DNA from: Octopus vulgaris
Taxonomy: Eukaryota
Reading direction: 5' to 3'
DNA length: 64,000 nucleotides
NCBI GenBank assembly: GCA_951406725.2
Contig: OX597823.1
Span: 19,592,001-19,656,000, forward strand
The notes beneath the pieces were generated by a model. That model was not told the origin of the DNA. It searched no databases and saw only the letters and a list, made by a program, of their open reading frames with translations. How positions within the stretch are numbered: position 1 is the stretch's first letter; each line of letters starts with the position of its first letter. This document shows positions 51,490 to 63,748 of the stretch, one piece after another. The position numbers and the translations under genes were made by a program.

Positions 51490-51610
51490 TTAGGTTAGAG
51501 AAGTGATGGTGGCGGCGGCGGTAAAGAGAAGCGGGGGTGGGGTGGGGGAGAAGCGATAGAGCGAGGATTTGTCACGTGTGATCCGTTATGTCAAAGGTCA
51601 GAGAGAGAGA
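51490..51610. promoter_or_regulatory. Candidate cis-regulatory module
   Basis: Unique CpG-retaining DNA with G-rich boxes, E-box GTCACGTG (51571-51578) and nuclear-receptor DR1-like ATGTCA-A-AGGTCA (51588-51600). Motif match only. Confidence 0.3.
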
Positions 51611-52346
51611 GTGAAAAAGATAAATGTGAAAGCAAAAGTTTAGTGAGCGGAAAGCGATATAGAGAGAATCATATATATATATATATATACACACATATAT
51701 ATATACATATAGGGGAGAGAGAGAGTGTGTAAAAACGTGAGAGATGGTGGGGAATGTGAGCGAGTGTGTTGAATAGTGAATTGTCATAGCAAGTATATAA
51801 AGTGTGGTTTAACAAGATAGCAAGAGAGTATCTTTTTTTTGTTATTTTCCTCAACCAATAACTATTGTTTCTGATTTGTTTTGACTATTTCCTCAACCAT
51901 AAATGATGATTTATCACTATCGTTTCTTATATTAAACCAAAATTAAATTGTTCGGTGGATTAGAAGAATCATCGAATCGTTTAAGAAAGCAACGGACAAA
52001 AATTTTGTGCGGCATTTGTTCCGGCTTATTTTTCTTTCTTTTTTTTTTTTTTTTTGACATTCTGAGGTCAACTTTCCTTTTAATTTCCACCACTTCACTC
52101 ATTTAGACCTCGATAAAATAAATTATCAGTCAAGTGCTAGGATGGAGTGTCGATGTAATCGAATAACAAACAGCTTCCCCCACTACCTCACAAAAGTACT
52201 GGCCTTGTGCCAAAATATAAATTATAAAAATGTAATTATATAAATAAAAAATATATATAATCAATATATAAATTATCATCAAACGCTACGTCAGAAATGA
52301 TTAAAGGCGACTCTCTAGATAACACCGAAACAAATCATAAATAACA

Positions 52347-52505
52347 GGCGTGGCTGAGTGATAAGAGGCTTGCTTCCCAACCACATGGTTTCAGGTTCAG
52401 TCACACAGCGTGGCACCTTGAGCAAGTGCCTTTTACAATAAAGCCATGAGCCGATCAAAGCCTTGTGAGTAGATTTCGTAAATGAAAACTGAAAGAAGTC
52501 CGTCA
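52347..52505 (+). mobile_element. SINE family A 5' half
   Basis: ggcgtggctgagtgataag..ggttcagtcac..gaaactgaaagaag. Confidence 0.82.
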
Positions 52506-53313
52506 AGTCTTGCCTATATACATACGTATACTCGGCATTCCAAAAGGGATCTTAATCAAAGATTTTTTAATTAATTTTTTTTTCAACTAAACAGTCTGAA
52601 ACTTCGAATACTGGTAGAATTTCTCGCGTAGAACACGGTTTACTCTGAACGTTTTTGACAAAATTTCGTAGCTTAGAAGTTATTTCGTGTTAAAGTTGTC
52701 GCATTTGGGTAATTTCAACCAATGGAATAGACCCGCCTGAAGGAGCCGGGCTCCCGTTAGGAGCCTCCGAGACTTCAAGCAGCACGAAATCGAATCAAAC
52801 TGTTTTAAATAATACATAGAACTCATACTTCTTGTCTCTATCGCCCTTACGGGAATGAAATAATGAGAATGAAAATATGGTAATATAAATATAGTCGACG
52901 ATAGCTTACGTATGTGTATGTATGTGTATGCACACACATACATTCTCCTTCTTCCGCTTAGTATTTAACTGTCGGAAGACAGAGTAGTTAGTACCATAGT
53001 AGAGATTAATATAATATTTTATTTGGATCAAATCAAATTCTTGCTACTCTGAGTTCCTACCTGTGGGTGCACAGGACCTTCGCGCAAGTTATGACTGACA
53101 TACAATTCAAATTTACAGAAAACAAAGGACGAAGAAAGGTGAAGAAACAACAAGCAGGTACATTAGTTTAACGGTCGGGGAGAATAGAAAAGTCGTTGAC
53201 ATTTCAAGCCTATATAAGTCATATGTATGTATGTATGTATGTATGTGTATACAAACACACACACACACACATGCATATATTGGTACAGGACGTCACCAAC
53301 AGTAAACAATATG

Positions 53314-53694
53314 GGATCTTTTCCTTTTGGACGGCAGATGTCAACACAATTTCTAGTTAACTAAACACTTTTAAACTTCGTATACTGGTAGAATGTGTTT
53401 ATAAAACATCATTTTCTCTTGGTTTTATTGAGAAAATTCTATAGTTTGTAAGATATTTCGTCTGAAAATCTGAGCATTTCGGCAATTTTAACCAATCCTA
53501 TGCTCTCTTTTGAGCTAAAATCATTTGCTGCGTCTAAAACTGAGACAACATCCTGTCACTACCCCTCAACCTAACCCTAACCCTAATTTTTTTTTCTTAA
53601 TTGTTAAATTAATTTAATATTTTACGCGTGTAAAACGAAGTTTTAAGGTGTTTAGTTAACTAGAAATTGTCTGCCGTTCAAAAGGAAAAGATCC
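53314..53694. mobile_element. Merlin-type MITE family M2 (related to M1)
   Basis: TIRs GGATCTTTTCCTTTTGGACGGCAG / CTGCCGTTCAAAAGGAAAAGATCC. TSD acaatatg/acaacatg (7/8). Internal (CCCTAA)n. Confidence 0.85.
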
Positions 53695-53872
53695 ACAACA
53701 TGAAATACGGAAACAAATGGAAAACAGGACAAGTAACATAAAGAACGACCCTTCATTAGCCGTTGGCTGTCTATCTACTCCTCATTTCAAGCATTAAACG
53801 ACAATATGAGTCTTCGAAGACAGTTGCTCCCATAAGTACCAAATAAAAATTGGGGATTTATGGAGGGTCAAA

Positions 53873-54094
53873 CAGTAATCAGTGGACTATCGAGAGTGTT
53901 ACGTTCCAACCCCGCCCCCCGCGATAGGTGAAAATCCACGAAGTAGAAACAGTACTGTACTGGATATATTTTATAAAATTATAATTTGTATATATTTATT
54001 TTATTTTAAATGCAAAACAACACCACGGAGGAATCGACGTAAGTTTAAATAATAAACCGCGATGGGAAAACCACGATATGGCGAAGGATTATTG
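53873..54094. mobile_element. Tigger/pogo-like MITE, degenerate
   Basis: cagtaatc..ctatcg versus cgatatggcgaaggattattg. CCGCGATA/CCACGA subterminal repeats. Confidence 0.6.
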
Positions 54095-54489
54095 CGCGTA
54101 TATATATATATATATATATATATAAAAACTGTACTTGGAGAAGAAGAAACGAAACGAAACGAATCGACGCGAGGGCGCTCAGTCATACAATAGTGTAATA
54201 AATAAAATATATGCATACATACATACATACATACATATATGTACGTACCTACATCTACATGTATATATACATGCACATATAAATATATATATATATATAT
54301 AGTTCAAATGTAAAGAAAAGACAAAGACAGGTGAGGGAACAACAAACAGGTGTATTATTAGTTTGGCCTTCAGGAAATACTTATATCTATCTATCTGTCT
54401 GTATGTATCTATGTATGTGCGTATTATGTCAAGAATGAAATTCAGATCAATTTTCCAAAAAGTTCATCGAATTCAATTTATTTTTGTAT

Positions 54490-54840
54490 TCGTTTCAGTC
54501 ATTTGACTGCGGCCATGCAGGAGCACCACTTTCAATCGAACAAATCGACCACAGGACTTATTCTTTGTAAGCCTCGTACTTATTCTAATGGTCTCTTATT
54601 GTCGTACCGCTAAGTTACGGGGCATGTAAACACACCAACATCGGTTGTCAAGCGATGGTGGGGAGGAACAAACACTGACACAAACAACACACAAATACAT
54701 ATATACGACGGGCTTCTTTCAGTTTCCGTCTACCAAATCCACTCACAAGGCTTTGGTCGGCCCGAAGCCATAGTAGAAGACCCCCTGCCCAAGGTGCCAC
54801 GCAGTGGGACTGAACCCGGAACCATGCGGTTGGGAAGCAA
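54490..54840 (-). mobile_element. SINE family A
   Basis: Tail-to-head match with CpGs retained. Confidence 0.9.
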
Positions 54841-55221
54841 GATGAGGAATTCTATATATTGTATGTTAATCGAAGAGGTGTCCTCATTTTAGTGGTTGCT
54901 TTCACTAAGTTTCAAGCGTGTACACTCCAGCCTTCTCGGTGCCTTGCCTAGGACTGAACTCATAACGTCTAGATGACTACAATTGCATTAACTAGCGCCT
55001 TTTATCCACTACTTTATGCCTGTAGCTTGAGTTCTGAGTGAATGTTTTTAAAGGCATTTAAAAATCCACTGACGTCTTATGTCGGTTCCGTACCGACTGA
55101 ATCATGCCACTCTGTATTTGTTATATTGTGCTAGTCGCAGTGGTGTCCTCGTCTTAGTTGTTACTCATCGAATCGGGTAATTATGGATGTGATAACTTAT
55201 TTGGACGAAAGAAGGAAGGGT

Positions 55222-55621
55222 GGATCTTTTTGGTTTGAACGGCAGTTTTTAACATAATTTCTAGGTAACTAAAAAATTTTAAACTTCGTATACTGGTAGA
55301 ATGTGTTTATAAAACATCTTTTTCTCTTGGCTTTATTGAGAAAATTCTATGTTTTGTAAGATATTTGTTGTTGTTTTTTTCTTCAATTTCTGTAATTTCA
55401 ACCAATCAATTTCGTCTATTGAGGTAAAAAGCATTCTGTGCCGTATGAATATGTCCCTCGTTTAAGAAACAGATTGGGTTTATTTACATTTGTGAAGAAA
55501 ATAAGTTACCCTAATCCTAAAACAGATTGACATGCAATAGATCGATACTAGGGTCATAATTATGGGTGACGATTTCATATGACACTGCTAGAAAAAACTG
55601 CCGTTCAAACCGAAAAGATCC
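55222..55621 (-). mobile_element. Merlin-type MITE M1
   Basis: Perfect 8-bp TSD ggaagggt at 55214-55221 and 55622-55629. Confidence 0.92.
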
Positions 55622-55993
55622 GGAAGGGTAAAGTTTATGATCCGCCGAGGGCCTTGGAAGGGGAGTAGGTTATCCACAAATCATAAACCTGGGCCGAACC
55701 TTTGCAATGGAAAGGATTAAGCTTAAAAGTCACTCGAGTGACAGTGGTGATGTTAAATAAGGCACAAGTTAATTCAACAACCACTACTAAGGAAGGGGAT
55801 CAAACTCTCCCAAGAGCTTCTGCAGTATCTACGCCAGGTAATTTCCGTTATAATACGGGTATTGATCAACCCAATGATATAGAAGAAAATACTTTGCTCC
55901 GGTACTGTACGGTGAAAACAAATCAAAAACCATCAACGTGGAGAAACGAACATCTTAAACGCACGACCATATGAGATAGTCATATAAGGATTG

Positions 55994-56410
55994 GGATCGT
56001 TTCGGTTTGAACGGCAGTTTTTTCTAGCGGTGTCATATGAAATTGTCACCCATAATTATGACCCTAGTATCGATCTATTGCATTTCAATCTGTTTTAGGG
56101 TTAGGGTAAGGGGTGGGGGGTAGGGTATCTTTTTTCTCTTCACAAATGTAAATAAACCCAATCTGTTTCTAAAACGAGGGACATATTCATACGGCACAGA
56201 ATGTATTTTACCTCAATGGACGTCACTGATTGGTTGAAATTGCAGAAATTGAAGAAAAAAACAACAAATATCTTACGAACTATAGAATTTTCTCAATAAA
56301 GCCAAGAGAAAAAGATGTTTTATAAACACATTCTACCAGTATACGAAGTTTAACATTTTTTAGTTACCTAGAAATTATGTTAAAAACTGCCGTTCAAACC
56401 GAAAAGATCC
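55994..56410 (+). mobile_element. Merlin-type MITE M1
   Basis: Both TIRs present. No TSD visible. Confidence 0.88.
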
Positions 56411-56949
56411 TAAGTACCAGTTGAGCCCTGGGATTGAAATAATTGACTAGCACATCCCCCAAATTTTCGGAACCTGTACCAGTAGAAAAAAAATTATGGA
56501 AAACGAACAAAACAGAATCATGACTGATTAATAAAATAATTGTAAATAATATTCTTATATGTAAAAGAGCGAGAAAGAGAGAGAGAGAAAACTTATTTTT
56601 AGAATGATACTTTCCGTTATCTATTTACTTTTATTTTTTATTCCTCTCGGGTGTGTACGGGTATGTGTGTACGCTGGTACTAAACACGACACAAATAGGA
56701 ACAGGCAGAAATCTATATTACTTACTACAACAATAAATAAATACGCTAATAAAATATTTTCGCAACATTTGTATCGAGTTTTGGAGGAGACTCGCCTTAC
56801 ACCAACACCACAACGCACACCCGTTTATATTCCAATAAAATAATAAGAACATTTTACCCCATTTGCACACCTTAAGACAAAAGAAATACATACGTGTGTA
56901 TATATATATATAAACACGCAAACACACACATATATATATATTGTTTTAG

Positions 56950-57187
56950 TCGTTTCACTCATTTGACTGCGGCCATGTTGGAGCACCACCCTTTAGTCGA
57001 ACAAATCGACCCCAGGACTTATTCTTTGTAAATTTATTGTATCTGTCTCTTTTGCCGAACTGGGACGTAAACACACCAACATCGGTTGTCACGCGATGGT
57101 GGGGGAACAAACAGACACAAGCATATACATATGACAAGCTTCTTTCAGTTTCCGTTTACCAAATACACACACACATATAGTTATTTA

Positions 57188-57230
<43 letters not shown>

Positions 57231-57462
57231 CCGTCTATCAAATCCACTCACAAGCCTTTGGTCGGCCCGAGGCTAAATATATTTTTATATATTCTTTTAT
57301 TTGTCTCAGTCTTTTGACTATGACCATGCTAAACAAATAAACCCCAGGACTTATTCTATCGGTCTCTTGATGAACCGCTAAGTGATGGGGACGCAAACAC
57401 AGACACACATATACATTAATATAAAATCCACTCGTAAGGCTTTGGTCGGCCCGAGGCTATAG
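56950..57462 (-). mobile_element. Fragmented tandem SINE family A copies
   Basis: Repeated ccccaggacttattct and ctttggtcggcccgaggcta motifs. Confidence 0.75.
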
Positions 57463-57475
57463 AAGGTAAGTGGTT

Positions 57476-57566
57476 GATATATATATATATATATATATTT
57501 ATATATGTATAAATATATGTATATATACATATATATATGTAATATAAATATATATGTACATGTGTG

Positions 57567-57599
<33 letters not shown>

Positions 57600-57702
57600 G
57601 TCTATATATATATGTGTCTATATATGTATATATGTCTATATATATATGTGTCTATATGTATGTCTATATATGTATGTCTATATATGTTTGTATATATATG
57701 TT

Positions 57703-57744
<42 letters not shown>

Positions 57745-57775
57745 GTATATATATATATATATATATACATACATA
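57476..57775. repeat. Compound (TA)/(TG) microsatellite
   Basis: Direct inspection. Confidence 0.95.
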
Positions 57776-58354
57776 TGTTTTCTTGAGTTGACGGCAAGGC
57801 CTGCTTTGCTTCGGGCCACAAAACCACAATGACATATAAGGTTTTCCTTTAGAAGAGCAACGTTTTGCCAGTGTGCTTTCATGCTTGCACGAAGTTGGCT
57901 CCAATGTTGGAGCTGACTTTGCTCAAATCTTTGACATGAGGAGAAACAGAACTGGCGGTAGGGACTGCGTTCTCATGCTCTGTTTTCGCAAGAAGAAAAG
58001 AATTGCTGGGGTGGCGTCATTTGAAGTCTAAATCATTTTAAAGCAATATTAATCCCAAACCATCTGAAGTGTTACAGTTTATATACTAGCATAGACCATA
58101 ATATTCCTGATACAAATTCCTAAAAATTTATTTATATTAACTGAAGAATTAATGATGCTTATTCCTAATGAAACAGCTGTTCAAAGTAACAATGATCTAT
58201 CAGTGAAACTGGTGCTTTTCTGCTATTCATTCTAAATATACTTTGCTCTTAAGGATCATTTTAGTTGATTGTTATATGCACAGAAGCCTTTTCTACTTGT
58301 ATTTACTGCAATGTTATAACATGCTTGAATTCATTGTGGCCTGAATTACTGTGA

Positions 58355-58639
58355 ATTGGCGAAGGCAAAATACCAGGGGATGAAAATGGTAATATTGCCA
58401 TCGATTCCATTTGTACCATTGTTAAAACGCCTTCTGATCTCAGAGATGCAGTGTTCCCAGATCTACAAGCTAATTATCAGAATATGGATTGGATTGGCCA
58501 AAGGGCTATTCTGGCCCCGAGGAATAAAACTGTTCACCATATTAATGATGAAATGCTAAAACTCATTCCTGGGGAAGTCGATGTATATCAGTCTATCGAT
58601 ACAACTCCTGACCCAGAGGACGTCATCAACTATCCAACA
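58355..58639 (+). pseudogene. Helitron RepHel PIF1-like helicase fragment (95 codons, no stop)
   Basis: IGEGKIPGDENGNI..VFPDLQANYQNMDWIGQRAILAPRNKTVHHINDEMLKLIPGEVDVYQSIDTTPDPEDVINYPT, matching the Helitron helicase pattern W..ERAILAP.N..V..IN..L..PGE...Y.S.D..YP. Confidence 0.88.
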
Positions 58640-58702
58640 GTGTGTGTATAAATATATACACACACGTATTTATGCACACACACATACACATGTAAGTATA
58701 TG

Positions 58703-58861
58703 CAGGCCAGCTGTGTGGTAAGAAGCTTGCTTCCCAACAAATGGTATCAGGTTCAGTCCCACTGTGTGGTACATTGGGCAAGTGTCTTCTACTATAGACC
58801 TGGGCCAACAAAAACCTCGTGAGTGGATCTGGTAGATGGAAACTGAAAGAAACCTGAAGTA

Positions 58862-58904
<43 letters not shown>

Positions 58905-59092
58905 GTTTGTGTGCCCGAGTTTGTCCCTCCACCATCACCTTGACAACATATGTTGGTGTGTTTATGTCGACAAAAGAGACCAATAGAATAAGTACTAGGC
59001 TTACAAAGAATAAGTCCTGAGGTCGATTTCTTTGACTAAAGATAGTGCTCCAGCATGACCACAGTCAAATGGCTGAAGCAACTAAAAGAATA
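58703..59092 (+). mobile_element. SINE family A, CpG-decayed
   Basis: Head-to-tail match. Followed tail-to-tail by a reverse copy at 59190-59445. Confidence 0.85.
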
Positions 59093-59821
59093 CATGTATA
59101 TATGAACATATACACACAATCATATACAAATATACCATATATATAGCCACGCACACACCTGAATATATATATATATATATTATATATTCATTTATTTGTT
59201 TCAGTCATTTGACTGTGGCCATGCTGGAGCACCGCTTTTAGTTGAACAGATCAACCCCAAGACTTATTCTTTCTAAGCCTAGTACTTATTCTATTGGTCT
59301 CTTTTGCCAAACCGCTAAGTTACGGTGACGTAAGTACACCAGCATCAGTTGTCAAGCGATGTTGGGGGGGGGGGACAAACACAGACACAAACATATATAT
59401 ATGATGGGCTTCTTTCAGTTTCCATCTACCAAATCCAGTCACAAGACATGTATCCACAAACAAACACACACACACATATATATATGTGTGTGTGCGTGTG
59501 TGTGTGTGTGTGTGTGCGTGCGTATCACGTTTATCATCATCCAATTGCTTCTATTTCATGATAGCATGGTTTGGATGGTTCTGCATGAACAGACAACCCA
59601 GAGCACTGCACCTACCTCCAATGCCTGCTTTGGCATGGTTTCTCTGACTGGACACCCTTCCTAATGCTAAGAGCCCTTTTTCTTGTAGCACCAGTATTGG
59701 TGAGGACCAAGGCTACATATATATATATATATATATATATAGATATAGATATATATATATATTTCGTGTTTGGATTTGGTTTTCAAGATTCTTTATGTGA
59801 GTTCGTGTGTTGAAGCATATT

Positions 59822-60006
59822 CTGTTGTATCTGGGGAGAGTCAATTTCTTTTTGTGCCTTATAAATTTAACACACTCACCGGTAAAATTTCCACTTATTC
59901 CTTATTTTTATTTTTCCTAAAATTTCCGTTGCGTCTTGCAATTTTACCGGTGAGTGTGCTAAATTATAAGGCACAAAAGGAAAATGACTCTCCCCAGACA
60001 CAACAG
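59822..60006. repeat. Inverted repeat (~67-bp arms, ~50-bp spacer) between TA arrays
   Basis: ctgttgtatctggggagagtca..cactcaccggtaaaatt versus aattttaccggtgagtg..tgactctccccagacacaacag. Confidence 0.9.
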
Positions 60007-60028
60007 TATATATATATATATATATAAA

Positions 60029-60225
60029 AGTTCAAATTGACAGAAAACAAAAGTCGAAGACAGGTGAAGGAATATCAAGCAGGTGTATTAGTTTAACGCT
60101 TGGGAAAAGTTTTTGACGTTTCGAGCCTACGCTCTTCGACGGAAAGGATTGTGAAGAAGAAAAAAAAGAGAGAGAGAGACAGGGGAAAATGAGTAGGGAT
60201 TAACGGTTCAACACATACACACGTA
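60029..60225 (-). mobile_element. Short Penelope-like element P1 with hammerhead-like core
   Basis: Minus strand ccgtcga-a-gagc-gtag-gctc-GAAAcg (60118-60142). Homologous to 12074-12262. Confidence 0.6.
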
Positions 60226-60574
60226 TACTTAATGTTTCAATACTCTCAATAACTTTTCTTTTATCAGTAAATGTTTCTTTCTTCTGTAAAAACTTGCCGC
60301 AATAATATCTTGAGTTTAATATCTAAATATGATTAGTTTGTTTGACGTTTCTATACTTATAGTTTCATCTTCAAGACGAAGGTCTGCAACAAAGTTTGCA
60401 CACAATATGAAGAGCTCAGAATATGAAAAATAATGGGATAAAAGCAATGTATAAAACCAGAACGTCATCATGTTTTCAGTATAGACCCGCCACCACACAA
60501 AAATACTCTGCTAACATTTTAATCGTTTTCACTATTTGTGTAAAAAAAAGAAAAGGTAAAAGTAACCCATGGCC

Positions 60575-60797
60575 ATTACTGTCCGGAAGTTCGAGAACTC
60601 GTGGGGCCGGTTACTTGGTTACTCTGGCGTTAGTGACCGAGATCGCAGTTTACCACTGAACGGTACGCCGGTCTGTTGAAGGCTTACGCATCTACAACCA
60701 AGTGAACTGGGGCAAACACAATGCACCGCCCGGACTGGGAATGGAAACCCAGATCTTGCGATGAGTGAAACACCCTAACCACCAGGCTGCACGCCTT
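60575..60797 (-). mobile_element. Degenerate tRNA-headed SINE related to family D
   Basis: Reverse strand gcctggtggttagggtg..tttccattcccagtccgggcgg head and accggcgtaccgttcag body. Confidence 0.6.
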
Positions 60798-61084
60798 CGC
60801 CGAATTTAGTGCCCAATCTCATTATTTGCTTTAGATTTATTAGCCGGTTATTAATAAAAGAGGGTTCCGTTCCAAAATGATCACAGTGAACAACTTCCAC
60901 TAGAAAGAAGCCCGTCGTATGTGTGTGTGTCTTTTTGTCTGTGTTTGTCCCCCCCACAACTGCTTGAAAACCGGTGGTGGTGTGCTTATGTCCCCGTAAC
61001 TTAGTGGTTCGGCAAAGAGACTGACAGAATTAGTATTAGACTTAAAAAGAAGTTCTGGGGTCGATTTATTCGACTATGACGTAC

Positions 61085-61233
61085 ATATTCTTTACCTAAC
61101 GAACCACATGGTTCCGGGTTCAGTCCCACTGCGTGGCACCTTAGGCAAGTGTTTTCTACTGTAGCCTCGGGCGACCAAAGCCTTGTGAGTGGATTTGGTA
61201 GACGGTAACTAAAAGAAGCCTGTTGTGTGTGTG

Positions 61234-61268
<35 letters not shown>

Positions 61269-61636
61269 CACGTGTTAATAGTGATAAATTATAATTGGTT
61301 ATTGACAATTTGTCTATTTTCGGCATATTTGGCAATTAGAACTTTTTTCTTTTGCCCTTATTTTATAAGTTATTTATAAAATTAACCTTTGAAGGTATTT
61401 TTTAATATGCTGGCCATTGATAAAAAAATTTTTCGAAAAATTTTATCCTATATTAGATGTAAATTTAATAGTGTTCACTTCCGGACTCTCTCACTCTGAA
61501 AGTTTCTAGTTCGAATCACACGTGTCTCGAGATGTGCTGAAGATTTTCTATTTTGGATATATTTGGGGTACTTAGGTCTGCTCAGGACTTAGTACTTGCT
61601 TTTTCCATTGGTATGAGTATTTCATTTATGTCTTAC

Positions 61637-61687
<51 letters not shown>

Positions 61688-62082
61688 TAAATATTTGGTT
61701 TTTCTGGGAGGCCCTTTTTAAAGTAGAAGAAATAGCTAAGGTTTTTTGGTTGCTATTTCTAAACTTCGATATTTGGTAATTTGGTAAAGCAAATCTTTGC
61801 TGAACCCTAATTATAAAGTATATATATATATGTGTGTATGTATGTATGTATGTATGTATGTGTGTATATGTTTGTGTGTCTGTATTTGTCCCCACAACAT
61901 CGCTTGACAACCGATGCTGGTGAGTTTACGTTCCCGTAACATAAAGGTTCGGCAAGTAGAGACCGATAGAATAAGTACTAGGCTTACAAAGAATAAGTCC
62001 TGGGGTCGATTTGGTCGACTAAAAGGCGGTGCTCCAGCACGGCCACAGTCAAATGACTGAAACAAGTAAAAGAGTAAAAGAA
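61085..62082 (+). mobile_element. SINE family A split by ~550 bp of other DNA in its internal microsatellite
   Basis: 5' half at 61085-61225 and 3' half at 61860-62082. A further 3' half lies at 60903-61075. Confidence 0.7.
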
Positions 62083-62472
62083 TATATATACATACATATA
62101 CACACACACATACTGTGTGTAGACAGATACACACCAAAGCACTAATAACTTAGGCACTCGTGTATGTACGTACACATCAATCAAGTGTATAAAGTATGTA
62201 TATGATGAGAGAGACAGGAGAAAGTCTGATGTGATGTAATGAGTGTGTTATGGCAGATCATATATATACGTTATAACAAAAGATGCATATATGAGAGAGA
62301 GAGAGAGGTGGGGGTGATGTGTGTGACTGTCACTTAAGACGTTTACGGTATAACTTTATAACACACACACGCACAAACTTTGAGATAGTTTTGTGTGATG
62401 AGCTCACAGAAAACATCAAACAAAATTGTGTGAAGCGAACACACGTGTATTCATGAAAAATGTGAGTGTGTA

Positions 62473-62513
<41 letters not shown>

Positions 62514-62572
62514 AAATATACTATGATAAAATTTATTTATGAGTATCATCACCTGATAATAGTGAATAAAAT

Positions 62573-62611
<39 letters not shown>

Positions 62612-62613
62612 TG

Positions 62614-62649
<36 letters not shown>

Positions 62650-63245
62650 TATACCTCAAGCATACACAAAATACACATGAAAGACTGATAGAAAGTGGTG
62701 TGATGTGTTTGAAAAGACATCAGACAGTCATTAAAGTGTGTATATATATATATATATATATTTTGATATTTATCATTGTTATATATATATGCATACATAT
62801 ATACACACACTCAAATATGAGATGTTCATATATAAAAAGTGAGAGGTTATAATGTGAATATCACAAAAAGGGAAGCATACACAAATAGACGCACAATACA
62901 CACACACAAATACATAGGTTAATATAATATTATATATGCATACATACATACACGTATACACAGTACAAAGGGAGAGGAGTTCGCGCGTGAGTAATATAAC
63001 GGTAGCGAGGGTAAGAATTGTTTTTGTTTTTGTTTTTTTTTTAGAGTAGTTTTAACGTTGATGTCCAAATAAACTCTACATTTTTTTATTCCGCATATTT
63101 CTATTTATATTTTGAACAAAACAAAATCAGTAGTTTTCATAAGTCTTTTCTTTCTTTCTTTTTTTTTTTTTTGATCGGATATTGAGGAAGGACAACACAC
63201 CCAATACTGTAGTTGAGATATGTTTAGAATTAACAAATGTATGTA

Positions 63246-63748
63246 TGGGTGTGAGAGAGAGAAGAGAGAGAGAAAGAATGAGTGTGTGAGAGAGAGAGAG
63301 AGAAAGAAAGAGTGAGTGAGTGAGAGAGAAAGAATGAGTGTGTGAGAGAGAGAGTAAGAATGAGTGTGTGAGAGAGAGAAAGAATGAGTGTGTGAGAGAG
63401 AGAAAGAATGAGTGTGAGAGAGAGAGAAAGAATGAGTGAGTGAGAGAGAGAGTAAGAATGAGTGTGTGAGAGAGAGAAAGAATGAGTGTGTGAGAGAGAG
63501 AAAGAAAGAGTGTGTGAGAGAGAGAGAAAGAATGAGTGTGAGAGAGAGAGAGAAAGAAAGAGTGTGTGAGAGAGAGTAAGAATGAGTGTGTGAGAGAGAG
63601 AAAGAAAGAATGAGTGTGTGAGAGAGAGAAAGAAAGAGTGTGTGTGAGAGAGAGAAAGAATGAGTGAGAGAGAGAGAGAGAAAGAGTGAGAAGAGAGAAA
63701 GAAAGAGTGAGTGAGAGAAAGAAAGAGTGAGTGTGAGAGAGAAAGAGT
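63246..63748. repeat. Compound (GA)/(GT) array, unit ~gagagagaaagaatgagtgtgt
   Basis: Direct inspection. Source of the S/L/H/T-rich spurious ORFs. Confidence 0.95.

Noticed and set aside
52546-52860. Third Merlin-like element (shares aaacttcg.atactggtagaat and aatttcaaccaat with M1/M2)
   Set aside because: Internal similarity is visible, but I could not find a matching second TIR or TSD, so it is not called as a feature.
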